This document shows positions 48,871 through 57,689 of a DNA stretch of 64,000 nt, piece by piece; position 1 is the first letter of the stretch, and each line of letters starts with the position of its first letter. The stretch lies in assembly GCA_035510465.1 (NCBI GenBank), contig DATKHC010000021.1, forward strand, positions 130,876 through 194,875, in the 5' to 3' direction. Below the pieces are notes generated by a model, which searched no databases, had not been told where the DNA came from, and saw only the letters and a program-made list of their open reading frames with translations. The translations under genes were made by a program, and so were the position numbers. The stretch is from Candidatus Saccharimonadales bacterium (lineage in GTDB: Bacteria; Patescibacteriota; Saccharimonadia; Saccharimonadales; DATKHC01).

Positions 48871-49452
48871 TCACTTCTGGCTTAAGCTTAATTGCCTAGT
48901 TCTAATTACGAGTAGGCTAAAGATAGCTGTAGAGACAATTACACTATAGACAGGAACTACAAGCAACTTTGCGTCCAATTTTCCAACAGATATCGAACCG
49001 AATATACCAGCTACACTTGTAGTAAACCAGCTTAAATGCGTCTCTGTATTAGGTTTAAAATAACCTTTTTTAACTGTAGGAATATAGCTTAAGGTTGATA
49101 CTAATAGGTTACAATACAACGACACCAGAGGTGTTTTAAGTATCCACCATAGGAGAAGACCTATTATTGCACCACTTAAGCATAGGATGTCCAGTTTAGC
49201 GAAGCCACCAACTCCTTTTTTAATTGATAGAAGAAATACTACCAACGTTATTAGTATCCACGATACAACTAAATATAGAGAACTTCGTGCTCCCAAAGAC
49301 CACTGATTTGCTAAATAGATGAGATTAAGCGTAAGAAATAATAACCATGATATTCTATGTGGTTTAGTCTTACCTTTTACGGTGTCTAATATATACGGAA
49401 TGTCACCAAGTATATAAATAATGCCACCTATAATTCCTATGATTGCAAACAT
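48871..49452 (-). CDS. Polytopic membrane protein (cassette gene)
   Basis: 193 aa with about 6 TM helices. No family assigned. Confidence 0.65.
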   Translation of the reverse strand: MFAIIGIIGGIIYILGDIPYILDTVKGKTKPHRISWLLFLTLNLIYLANQWSLGARSSLYLVVSWILITLVVFLLSIKKGVGGFAKLDILCLSGAIIGLLLWWILKTPLVSLYCNLLVSTLSYIPTVKKGYFKPNTETHLSWFTTSVAGIFGSISVGKLDAKLLVVPVYSVIVSTAIFSLLVIRTRQLSLSQK

Positions 49453-49477
49453 GCATAAATAGTATCAGAAACAATAA

Positions 49478-49656
49478 AAGTGGCCTCCAAAAACAGGGGT
49501 CATAATGCTTATGGTGGAGCACCTCCAAAATAATTCACCCCTCATATTTGATGAAATAAGGAGATAGAGGTATTTACTCTGGGACGACTATATTTACTAT
49601 AAACAGGAGAAAGAAGGGTCTAAGGAGATAGCGGTCCGCTGAGGTTATTCGCACAC
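49478..49656 (+). repeat. ssrA-array junction unit 2 (core 49512-49520, tail arm with nonsense codon)
   Basis: Nearly identical to unit 1 across the core and first ~95 nt of the arm. Same TAG at 49565-49567. The hairpin is degenerate. Confidence 0.65.
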
Positions 49657-49941
49657 TTAGAAAGGGCTGATGGATACATGGCTAAGCATCACTACGGCCC
49701 CAACAAAAGAGAAAACGCATAGTAACGTGCTGATAACAGCGGCTTTATTTTTTGCTTTAATTAGCCATATTAAATTCAGAATTAATAATATGGGTAGTAA
49801 AAAATCAAAATAGGCGTTGGTAGATGGAGGATTAAGACTATTTCTATAAAGTACGACTATCCCGATTTCATATAAGTTGTACAGAGCATATAGGATCGTT
49901 ACACATATAAGTACTTTTTCAATTTTATTTATTTTAACCAT
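49657..49941 (-). CDS. Small membrane protein (cassette gene)
   Basis: About 94 aa with 3 hydrophobic helices. ATG 49941 is preferred over the track's GTG 49965. Confidence 0.55.
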   Translation of the reverse strand: MVKINKIEKVLICVTILYALYNLYEIGIVVLYRNSLNPPSTNAYFDFLLPILLILNLIWLIKAKNKAAVISTLLCVFSFVGAVVMLSHVSISPF

Positions 49942-49965
49942 ATGGATAATAATACCAAAAGTCAC

Positions 49966-50150
49966 AAAAATGACCTCACTTTAGAGAGGTCATAATGATA
50001 TTGGTGGAGCACCTCCAGAATAATTCACCCCTCATCTTTGATGAAATACGGAGATGGAGGTATTTACTCTGGGATGATTATATTTACTTTAAACGAGACG
50101 AAAGGCTTAAAGAGCTGTCCATCCCCTAGGGGTTATCACACTTTTTTATA
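49966..50150 (+). repeat. ssrA-array junction unit 3 (core 50002-50010, intact 42-codon tail)
   Basis: Tail frame 50001..50129 reads LVEHLQNNSPLIFDEIRRWRYLLWDDYIYFKRDERLKELSIP*. The hairpin atgacctc..gaggtcat at 49970-49993 has a different sequence from units 1 and 4 but the same position. Confidence 0.65.
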
Positions 50151-50221
50151 TACTCAGCCTTACTTGGTTTTACGTCTAGAAATGTGCCCTGGAATAAAGA
50201 ATACAGAAGCAATTACTGCTA

Positions 50222-50443
50222 TTACCAACCCGTAGAACACGTAAAATAAAATCCTATCCCACTAAGACCAGCAGTGGTATCCTCGGCGGCGTTAGGATGC
50301 TTGATGCCTATAATAAGAAAATAAACTGCATATCCAAAGAATAAGGCCGCAATGACGTATCCTAAAATTCCAACATAAAACAATATCGAGCCGAACATTT
50401 TCTTCGTGGAAATCGATTGTTTAGTAAAGTTACTAGTCGGCAT
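50222..50443 (-). CDS. Small membrane protein (cassette gene)
   Basis: 73 aa with two hydrophobic helices. Confidence 0.5.
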   Translation of the reverse strand: MPTSNFTKQSISTKKMFGSILFYVGILGYVIAALFFGYAVYFLIIGIKHPNAAEDTTAGLSGIGFYFTCSTGW

Positions 50444-50482
50444 TCTCTCGAAATCATATACTTTTAGGTCATTTCGTGCAAC

Positions 50483-50667
50483 AAAAAACCCCTGAATTCA
50501 CAGGGGTCATAATGCTTATGGTGGAGCACCTCCAAAATAATTCACCCCTCATCTTTGATGAAATAAGAAGATGGAGGTATTTACTCTGGGATGATTATAT
50601 TTACTATAAACGGAGGCGAGAACAGCCTAAGGAGATAATAGTCCGCTAGGGGTATACGCCCACCTAT
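50483..50667 (+). repeat. ssrA-array junction unit 4 (core 50519-50527, intact 43-codon tail)
   Basis: Tail frame 50518..50649 reads MVEHLQNNSPLIFDEIRRWRYLLWDDYIYYKRRREQPKEIIVR*. Hairpin cccctg..cagggg lies at 50489-50506. Differences from unit 3 include synonymous CAA/CAG and AGA/CGG. Confidence 0.65.
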
Positions 50668-51369
50668 TTATAATAAAACTAGCGTTGCTATTCTTAAACA
50701 GTACCCGAACAATATGTCGTCAAAAACCTCTTGACCCAATTTCTCTTTGTTCTTGCGTATCTGGTCTTCACTACTACCCTTAATCTGATAAACCTCATTC
50801 ATAATTCTCGTAAACACTTCAGTCGTAACGTTTAATGCTAGGTTATAAATGCTGTTAAGGTATCGCTCAAACTCATTTGGTGCAATTAATGTATACTTCT
50901 TATAGCTTGATTTCCACAGCAACGAATATGCTCCATATTCTAAACCTCTACTTATTGGGTCATCTGAAAAAATCTCATACTTATCCTTGTCTTCTTCCTT
51001 CATAAACTCTCGAATATGTGTAGCCAAATCTTTTCTGTTTATAGCGGTCTTCTTGCCTTTGATTTCTTCGGTAACCCTTAATGAATATCCAGCCAACATA
51101 TTAGCCCCGTACTGCCCGAAGAGTGGGTTAAGGTCAAACCCTGATTGAACGCCAACCGAAGGCAGTCCCTGACTTAGTTGTGCTTGCATTTGGTAGTATT
51201 GTTTCTCTTGTTTTGACTGTATGGTAGCTTCGGCTTTACTAGGCAGTAACTTACTCCTATTTAGCTCGTCATTTGAGTGGAGTAAGCTATCTACTGAATT
51301 AAATATGTCATTAAACTTATTGTCTTTTACGTTTGGGTCATTGGGTGTAACAAAAATCGGAGTGTCCAT
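50668..51369 (-). CDS. Hypothetical protein
   Basis: 233-aa ORF with no motif recognised. Confidence 0.55.
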   Translation of the reverse strand: MDTPIFVTPNDPNVKDNKFNDIFNSVDSLLHSNDELNRSKLLPSKAEATIQSKQEKQYYQMQAQLSQGLPSVGVQSGFDLNPLFGQYGANMLAGYSLRVTEEIKGKKTAINRKDLATHIREFMKEEDKDKYEIFSDDPISRGLEYGAYSLLWKSSYKKYTLIAPNEFERYLNSIYNLALNVTTEVFTRIMNEVYQIKGSSEDQIRKNKEKLGQEVFDDILFGYCLRIATLVLL

Positions 51370-51440
51370 TATTACTTATCTTAACAGACAAGTTTTAGGA
51401 GATACTTGATTGTGTTATAACATCACTTCACAATAGACAC

Positions 51441-52109
51441 ATGATGCAAAATCGTAAAGAGTTAAGACCAATAGGTAGCAAGCTTAAACCCACTAAAGCT
51501 GGTAAGCCAATTTCATATTCTGACCATATAACCTTCGAAGAGCTTGTATCCGAAATTCAGATGCTCGTAAGTAGCAAGAGCAATACTGTGGTTGTCGCTA
51601 TATCAGGCTTTGGAGGTGCTGGGAAAACGACTTTAGCCGAAAAACTTAAAAATCGCTTTCACGGCTCAACATGGATTCAGCTCGATAACTTTATTGTAAA
51701 CAGAACTAAGGGTGATGATTGGGATTCAGGCTACGACTGGAGTCGGCTCGAGAGAGTCCTAAGGGACGTTCGAGCTGATAAGGAGCTACACTACCAATTC
51801 TATGACTGGCATAAAGACGCTCTTACGGGCTGGATAGATGTAAGCCCGCTACCAAAACTAATTATTGTCGAGGGCATTCGTCTGTTACAGCCAAAGTTCA
51901 TGACCTACTTTGACCTAAGCGTGTGGATTGACTGCCCTATTGAAGTAGCTGCAAAGCGTGGCATAGAGCGGGACAGAAAAAACGGAGTAGATAACCAGCA
52001 CATACTTGAGTGGGAGAAAAACTGGATACCAAAAGACAAAACATTCTACGAAATGTACAGACCTGACGAAAGTGCCAGTTTCTTAGTCGAGTCTCATATC
52101 ACTGACTGA
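51441..52109 (+). CDS. P-loop kinase, uridine kinase/PRK-like
   Basis: Walker A ISGFGGAGKTTLAEKL and the later IIVEGI segment, typical of the Udk/PRK family. Confidence 0.6.
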   Translation: MMQNRKELRPIGSKLKPTKAGKPISYSDHITFEELVSEIQMLVSSKSNTVVVAISGFGGAGKTTLAEKLKNRFHGSTWIQLDNFIVNRTKGDDWDSGYDWSRLERVLRDVRADKELHYQFYDWHKDALTGWIDVSPLPKLIIVEGIRLLQPKFMTYFDLSVWIDCPIEVAAKRGIERDRKNGVDNQHILEWEKNWIPKDKTFYEMYRPDESASFLVESHITD

Positions 52110-52164
52110 TCATACCAAAAGCACGAATATTATAGATCTCTACGTTCGTGTCGTGCATTCTATC

Positions 52165-52203
52165 CTGGTGGAGAATATTCAAAATAATTCAACCCTCATC
52201 TAG
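52165..52203 (+). repeat. ssrA-array junction unit 5 (truncated)
   Basis: ctggtggagaatattcaaaataattcaaccctcatctag reads LVENIQNNSTLI* in the recombinase frame. This is a protein-level variant of LVEHLQNNSPLIF, cut off where gene 52200..52844 ends. Confidence 0.5.
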
Positions 52204-52844
52204 ATACAGACGTCTTTTCCCAAATGAGTGAGATATTGCCTGTCCCACCATAAAAAACGTAAGTAGGCTCCGTATCCAAGTTGTGCTTCGCTACTGGATG
52301 CTTTTAGAATGTTTCTTGTAAATTCTTGTTTACCCTTTTTTACAGATTCAGAAGCTGATTTACCTTTTAGAAGGCTAACCACAACTTGATTAGATGGGTC
52401 TAGAAATAACGCAGCTGTTTTATCTGTCCTTGGTTTGGACGTTGTTCCACCCTCACTAAAAAAGATAAAATCCTGAGTATAGCCAATAAAGCTTTTAGCA
52501 CCTTTTTTAATTGTTTCGGGGCCAAGTTGTGCTGCTGACTTGCAAGAAACAGCATATGCAATCGTACCTTTAAGTATTTTGGAGTTATCCATATCCAAAA
52601 GCACTTCTTCGTCTTGGCCAGTAACACAATGTTCGGCACCATGACCGTTCATAAATATCAAATCTGGAGACATTTTGGTGACGATACTCTCAAACTCTTT
52701 TCTATTAGCACGCTTTTTATCTAACTTTAAGACGTTAACGCTTCTTCTTTCAGCATATTGAATTAACGACTTTGCCCAAGCTGCTAAATATCTAGTTGTC
52801 GGTTCATAGTCTGGCATTGTCACCAAGACTGTCTTGTTGCTCAT
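52200..52844 (-). CDS. Hypothetical protein with a caspase-like His/Cys dyad pattern
   Basis: Start at ATG 52844, with SD gagggtga upstream. The segments IFMNGHGAEH and AYAVSCKSAA resemble the H-G ... C arrangement of C14/CHAT-type peptidases. The assignment is weak. Confidence 0.5.
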   Translation of the reverse strand: MSNKTVLVTMPDYEPTTRYLAAWAKSLIQYAERRSVNVLKLDKKRANRKEFESIVTKMSPDLIFMNGHGAEHCVTGQDEEVLLDMDNSKILKGTIAYAVSCKSAAQLGPETIKKGAKSFIGYTQDFIFFSEGGTTSKPRTDKTAALFLDPSNQVVVSLLKGKSASESVKKGKQEFTRNILKASSSEAQLGYGAYLRFLWWDRQYLTHLGKDVCI

Positions 52845-53058
52845 GGTCGTAAATATCACCCTCTTTTAATGCCCGTAAAAATTCAATATCTACTTCTATA
52901 ATCTTCTTACCTATTTCATCCCCGTCTTCGACATGTTTTAGTAGCTGGATTTTATCGATTGTGCCTACATCTCCAATCGAGATACTTGCATCAGCCGGTA
53001 AAGCCTGTAGCCTTGCTAGAACAAGCTTCTGGAATTCCTTATCCAATTCGGTCTGCAT
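52804..53058 (-). CDS. Hypothetical small acidic protein
   Basis: 84 aa, in an operon-like arrangement with its neighbours. Confidence 0.45.
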   Translation of the reverse strand: MQTELDKEFQKLVLARLQALPADASISIGDVGTIDKIQLLKHVEDGDEIGKKIIEVDIEFLRALKEGDIYDHEQQDSLGDNARL

Positions 53059-53241
53059 CTAAATTAACCCCATTTCAATCAACTTCTTCATTATAGTCTT
53101 ACCTAGTGCCGTCTCATTTATAATTTCTACGTATGCTGCGTTCCACGTTAGTGGACCAACCTCATCAAGTACTACGACAATTTCATTACGAGCTGCGATA
53201 GGCAGATTCGCATAGACTTTTTGAAACCGTGATATATCCAT
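53059..53241 (-). CDS. Hypothetical small protein
   Basis: 60 aa. It abuts the next ORF, with the stop directly followed by the next ATG. Confidence 0.4.
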   Translation of the reverse strand: MDISRFQKVYANLPIAARNEIVVVLDEVGPLTWNAAYVEIINETALGKTIMKKLIEMGLI

Positions 53242-53540
53242 GATAATTTTACTTATTTTATGTATCCTACTTCAAAATATACCATATATTGCTTATGTTT
53301 AACTGAAGTAACAGATGTAAACTATGTTTACCGTAACCTATACATTTGACTTTGTCAAATATACTCAACCAATTAATCTAGTGATTTAAACAGAGTGTCG
53401 CACAATGTGCATTTTCGGACTCGCACTAACAGAGGTTGGTGGCGTTTTTTATCATATAAGAGCCTTGTCAAGGGCGACACTTATTTAACTCCGCCTCTGT
53501 TAAAAGACATATCATAACACATTCGCTTTTTGGCTATATA

Positions 53541-54449
53541 TTAGCAATTAATTGCGGCCAGTTGCGATTGATAACTTTGCTGAAGCTCTTGGCTTTGTTG
53601 TGTGTAGCTCTGTTCTAGCTCGGAGATTTGCTGCTGGCCAACTCCAGAACTTTCAATTCCTTCCTGCCCCAACTTAGTCTCTAGAGCCGACAGGGCTGCA
53701 CTTTCTTGGTCGCCAAGGTTAGTCTGGTTCGCTTGGTATTCCGAGGAATCCTCAGCTTTTAGTTGTTCGTTACAAGTTGGAGGCGCTGGTGTAGTGGTTG
53801 TGTTTGTTGGCGCAGGCTGAGTCGTAGTGCCAGTACTAGCAATAGGTGTATTTGACATAGGACTTGAAGCGTAATCAGTCGGGGTTGTTTGCAACGTATA
53901 AGGTGTATATGAATAGGTTGGCAATGTAACCCCAGCGACAGTATTACTTTGGGTAGAGGCTACAGGTATATTTGAAGTAATATTGTTGATATCACTAATC
54001 TCAGCTTGGGTGAAGTTCTGTTCATTTTTAACATTGTCTAGGCATCCTTGGAGGATTTGTTCACCAGTAGATGCAACGTCTAGAACTTTTTGGTTGGTCG
54101 TTAAAATGCCTTGTGCTGCAATGAGGTTTGCCGTGTTACTAGACCAAGCAGGTTCTTTGATTAATTGTCCTATCTGATTAGTTTCAGAGTTAACTTGCCC
54201 AATTACGGAGTTATATTTGCTCATGTCATCGTTACATATTTTTTGTAAGTAAGCATATTGATAACCTGACTGTGTGCCTAATGATGCTAAGCTTACGACT
54301 TGCTTAGGAGATGTCTTTGGGTGAAATACAACTAGACCAATACTGGCTGCGGATATGATAAGAACGCTTAAACCAACCAGGAATTTACGCCTAGTCTTTC
54401 TTTTCTTTCGTTCTCTGTTAATTGAGTCTAAAAAACTTGTATCAGCCAT
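53541..54449 (-). CDS. Membrane-anchored Q/S/T-rich protein
   Basis: 302 aa. TM FLVGLSVLIISAASIGLVVF, then low-complexity T/Q-rich and coiled-coil-like regions. Confidence 0.6.
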   Translation of the reverse strand: MADTSFLDSINRERKKRKTRRKFLVGLSVLIISAASIGLVVFHPKTSPKQVVSLASLGTQSGYQYAYLQKICNDDMSKYNSVIGQVNSETNQIGQLIKEPAWSSNTANLIAAQGILTTNQKVLDVASTGEQILQGCLDNVKNEQNFTQAEISDINNITSNIPVASTQSNTVAGVTLPTYSYTPYTLQTTPTDYASSPMSNTPIASTGTTTQPAPTNTTTTPAPPTCNEQLKAEDSSEYQANQTNLGDQESAALSALETKLGQEGIESSGVGQQQISELEQSYTQQSQELQQSYQSQLAAINC

Positions 54450-54878
54450 ATAACTACTTACTATCCTTGCTATTTGTTGACTCCGAGACTTAAAAGCTCG
54501 CCACTAAGCGAAACCGAAGTCTCTGTAACCGTTTCCAGCTACAACTACAACGAAGAGTACTCAATGACGAGCTGTCTTTCGTTGTAGATTTATTGACCAT
54601 GCCATTAAAGAATGGTTTAGGTTGAAGTGGTAAAACCACTTAATTGAAATTATACATCTAGTTGCTTAGTTGCGCCGATAGACCATGTTGAACCTAGTTA
54701 AGTACCTATAAACATATTGATTAGCAATGTTTCGTGTAGCGCCCAAAAAAATAACAAATAGTACCCATAAAACAAATATGGGGAACACCCCTGTCAGATA
54801 TATATCTAATCCATCTCTTACGCCGTTCTGGTACGGTACCAAACGTATCCCTATTTAATAGGGGTCGATAAACAAAGC

Positions 54879-55337
54879 TTAGTTATTCTCTGGCCAGACT
54901 GCTTTAAGTAGAGCTACTTCATCATTTCTGTCTGAGGCTAGTTTTATAGCTTTCTGTTGGTCGGGTGTGTATATATCGTTATTATAAGGATTCAGTGCAT
55001 TTTGCTTGCTAATTAACTCTTTTTGGCTTTGCATTTCTTTGACTATACGAACTAGACTGTTTGTCTCTATTAAATAGGGGTCGTCTAGCCTCTTTTCGAG
55101 CTCTCTAAGGGCTTTTAAGTGAACTCTCGTAACAATGTCTGTATCTGACTTACTAATAGCCTTTTTCATCTGTAGTAGTACGGGGTTATTCCGCTTTTTT
55201 ATCTTCTTAATAGTTGACATCGGAACGCTTGTCTTAACACTCACGTCCGCGTACCTATAACCCAAGGCAATTAGCTTGACTACATTGCGTTCTACGTCAG
55301 GCTTTGTTCGTAGGTGATGTATTTGAAGATTACTCAT
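54879..55337 (-). CDS. HTH DNA-binding protein (element regulator)
   Basis: 152 aa. KLIALGYRYADVSVKTSVPMSTIKKIKKR is an HTH-like segment. Confidence 0.5.
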   Translation of the reverse strand: MSNLQIHHLRTKPDVERNVVKLIALGYRYADVSVKTSVPMSTIKKIKKRNNPVLLQMKKAISKSDTDIVTRVHLKALRELEKRLDDPYLIETNSLVRIVKEMQSQKELISKQNALNPYNNDIYTPDQQKAIKLASDRNDEVALLKAVWPENN

Positions 55338-55443
55338 ACTTTAAAGTGTTATACACTTCGCGAGACTTGACAATTATCAGGTCTGATGAAAAATCGTGGA
55401 GCTGATGGTTATATTGGATTAATCATTGTGCGAGAGTAGCCAC

Positions 55444-55572
55444 ATGAGCACTAGCGCAAAGGCTGTGGCTAACGTGCCAGAAGACCCACTTATACCCGAG
55501 AACTATGAAAAAACTGATTTAGATGAACTGTGTTTATGGCTTTATGATATATACGAGGAATCAATAACTTAA
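55444..55572 (+). CDS. Micro-ORF upstream of the LSR (42 aa), candidate accessory factor
   Basis: ..LDELCLWLYDIYEE.. shares the helix motif with 15265 and 31529. Below the track cutoff. Confidence 0.35.
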   Translation: MSTSAKAVANVPEDPLIPENYEKTDLDELCLWLYDIYEESIT

Positions 55573-55704
55573 CTATTTGAATATATTAGGGGAAGAGCTC
55601 GGCATGAAGATTACCACTGTTACTCAAAAATATAAATGGCAGCCCAAAAATGTCTTTGCTGAGTCATTCCCTTGGACTGCTATTCATCTGTTTGAGGTCA
55701 CAAT

Positions 55705-57321
55705 ATGAAGGAACAAGGTATAGCACTATGTCGTATTTCCTCCGATGACCAAATTAAGGGTCATAGCCTTGAGGCTCAAGACACTAGCACCAGGAAAGCA
55801 GCCAATAGTATCGACGTTGAGTTAATTAAGACTTGGACGGAAGTTAAGTCAAGCAAAAAAGGTAAAAACTTTGGAAGAAAAGATTTGGAAGAAATGCTAC
55901 GTTTTTGTAAACAAAACAAACGCGTTAAATACCTTTTTATAGATTTCATGAGCCGCTTAATGCGAGAGGTTGAAGTAATGATTTACTATAAGGTACTGTT
56001 CAACCAAATGGGTGTGAAATTACATTTTTGTGACCCTTCACAACAGCACCTTAACGGAGAAGACCAAATCGCTCAACTTATGCGATTAATAGAGGGTTAC
56101 AAATCGGAAACAGAAAATACAGCCAGACAAGAAACAACTATTGCTCGAATGAAAGCTCGGTATGAGGCTGGTTACTATATTTCACACCCACATCAGGGTT
56201 ATATAAAATCAGATGTGGCTGGTGTGCACATCCCTGACCCAAAGAGATTCGATTTATTACAAAAAGGTGGTCGTTTGATGATTTACGAGCAGCATAGCGT
56301 TCAGCAAGCAATCAAATGGATGAATGAAAACGGATATTTAACATTAGGCGGTAGACCACTCGACTTAAATCACTATATAGAATTTATTGTAGATAGATAT
56401 TACTGTGGCATTATTGATATACAGTCAGAGGGTTGGCCTAAAGATATACTCGGATTACATCAACCCATGTTTACGCAACGCGAACATAAAATACTTTCCG
56501 CTTTAATAACGAAGCGGAATCCACGCGTTAGACAAGCACACAATCCCGACTTCCCAATGTCTAATATTATTAGGCATAAGGAGTGCGAGGGTATTGGACG
56601 TTACGAAAAGTTTACTGGTCATATTTACAATCGAGGGAAAAGGCCTAGTGGTAGTCAAAGACCATTAAAGCCGGTTTATGATTGCCGAGATTGCAGACAA
56701 CGGATACAGAGGGATAAGGCGCACTCCTCTCTCACACACTACTTAAGCAAATTAAACCTACTGCCTGACGAAAAGCACTTTAAAGAGGCTTTGATTCGTG
56801 TCTGGAGAAGTCAAAGAGGTTCTCAATCCCAGAGACTTAACAGTCTACAGGGCAATAAGGTTAGGATTGAGCAGAAAATAAGAGAAACTGCTGCTATTTA
56901 CGCTTCTGAACAAGATGAATCCATTAAACAATCACTTGGCTTACTGTTAAAAGACTACGATGCTCAATTGAAGCAAATTGATACAGACGTTACCAGCAAT
57001 AAAAACTTAGAAATAGAGTCAGAAGATTTCGTCCGTTTCGCTATGGACTTCGTGGCTAACCTCAAGAATAAATGGTGGAAATTAAGCTGGGATAACATTG
57101 CGAGGGGTGAACAAGTTTTATTTAACGGCAAAATTTACATTGATAATTCTGCAAAAGTTCACACCCCCAATTTAAGCTCAATTTACAGATTAGGGACAAA
57201 CAAAAAAGCACTAGAAAATGCTTCTAATGCTCATTTGGTGGAGCTGCCGGAGTACTGCCCTCCGGGTCCGCTAGCTTACTGTAGCCAATCTTCTACGAGT
57301 GTAGGTCATTTAGATAAGTAA
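55705..57321 (+). CDS. Large serine recombinase; its 3' end overlaps the tmRNA antisense
   Basis: 538 aa. IALCRISSDDQ motif, Cys pairs (..YDCRDCRQ..) and a coiled coil. The last ~28 codons (..HLVELPEYCPPGPLAYCSQSSTSVGHLDK*) are the antisense of the tmRNA 3' domain. Confidence 0.9.
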   Translation: MKEQGIALCRISSDDQIKGHSLEAQDTSTRKAANSIDVELIKTWTEVKSSKKGKNFGRKDLEEMLRFCKQNKRVKYLFIDFMSRLMREVEVMIYYKVLFNQMGVKLHFCDPSQQHLNGEDQIAQLMRLIEGYKSETENTARQETTIARMKARYEAGYYISHPHQGYIKSDVAGVHIPDPKRFDLLQKGGRLMIYEQHSVQQAIKWMNENGYLTLGGRPLDLNHYIEFIVDRYYCGIIDIQSEGWPKDILGLHQPMFTQREHKILSALITKRNPRVRQAHNPDFPMSNIIRHKECEGIGRYEKFTGHIYNRGKRPSGSQRPLKPVYDCRDCRQRIQRDKAHSSLTHYLSKLNLLPDEKHFKEALIRVWRSQRGSQSQRLNSLQGNKVRIEQKIRETAAIYASEQDESIKQSLGLLLKDYDAQLKQIDTDVTSNKNLEIESEDFVRFAMDFVANLKNKWWKLSWDNIARGEQVLFNGKIYIDNSAKVHTPNLSSIYRLGTNKKALENASNAHLVELPEYCPPGPLAYCSQSSTSVGHLDK

Positions 57322-57632
57322 TTAGAGAGCAAACGACCAAAAACTAACTACTTGTGTCCTAAATCTTTACAATACTTACGGACAGTAAGCACTGTGCATC
57401 CAGATAAATTGACACGAATATACATTATCTGACGTCATGCAAATCCGTGGCTCCAGAAATTAAACTGAAGCTAGTGCGTATTGACGAGGAACAAGGTTCT
57501 TTACAGAATCCTTGACCCAAGCTACTGCGCTAGATACTTTTGTTGCATCTACATTGGTTTGCCGTATAACGCTCAGCCAGCGACTCGCTGATATAGCTTG
57601 TAAGGTCCAACGTCGAGCTTAAAATCAGCCCC
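57236..57632 (-). ncRNA. ssrA: tmRNA (SsrA)
   Basis: The 5' end GGGGCTGATTTTAAGCTCGACG and 3' end ..CGGAC-CCGGAG-GGCAGTA-CTCCGG-CAGCTCC-ACCA match canonical tmRNA ends (E. coli ends ..GGAC..CAGCTCCACCA). The acceptor stem has a G3:U pair. The internal tag ORF ends ..PRQYALASV-TAA. Confidence 0.85.
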
Positions 57633-57689
57633 GTAACAGGTAATTATATCAAAAATATTAATTATTTGCAACTTGAGTATAAATGTGTT

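Larger units (their letters stand above)
48698..57244 (+). mobile_element. Composite island at ssrA: five serial att junction units with cassettes, ending in LSR 55705..57321 fused to the tmRNA 3' end
   Basis: The core TGGTGGAGC occurs at 48734, 49512, 50002, 50519 and 57236 (the tmRNA 3' end), with a degenerate copy (TGGTGGAG) at 52166. A conserved tail-coding arm follows each internal copy. Confidence 0.6.

Noticed and set aside
50038-50235. 65-aa plus-strand ORF inside junction unit 3
   Set aside because: Its frame differs from the conserved tail frame, it is not conserved in the other units, and it has a TTG start.
48698-50667. Reading the four ~170-bp repeats as tandem riboswitches or leader RNAs with terminators upstream of the small membrane-protein genes
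   Set aside because: The conserved part is in frame with the LSR C-terminus, and intact copies differ by synonymous codons (AGA/CGG, CAA/CAG). Two copies share a nonsense mutation. The apparent ACCTCCA/TGGAGGT pairing is better explained as DNA dyad symmetry around the recombination core. The putative inner hairpin shows an uncompensated change. An RNA role cannot be fully excluded without expression data.
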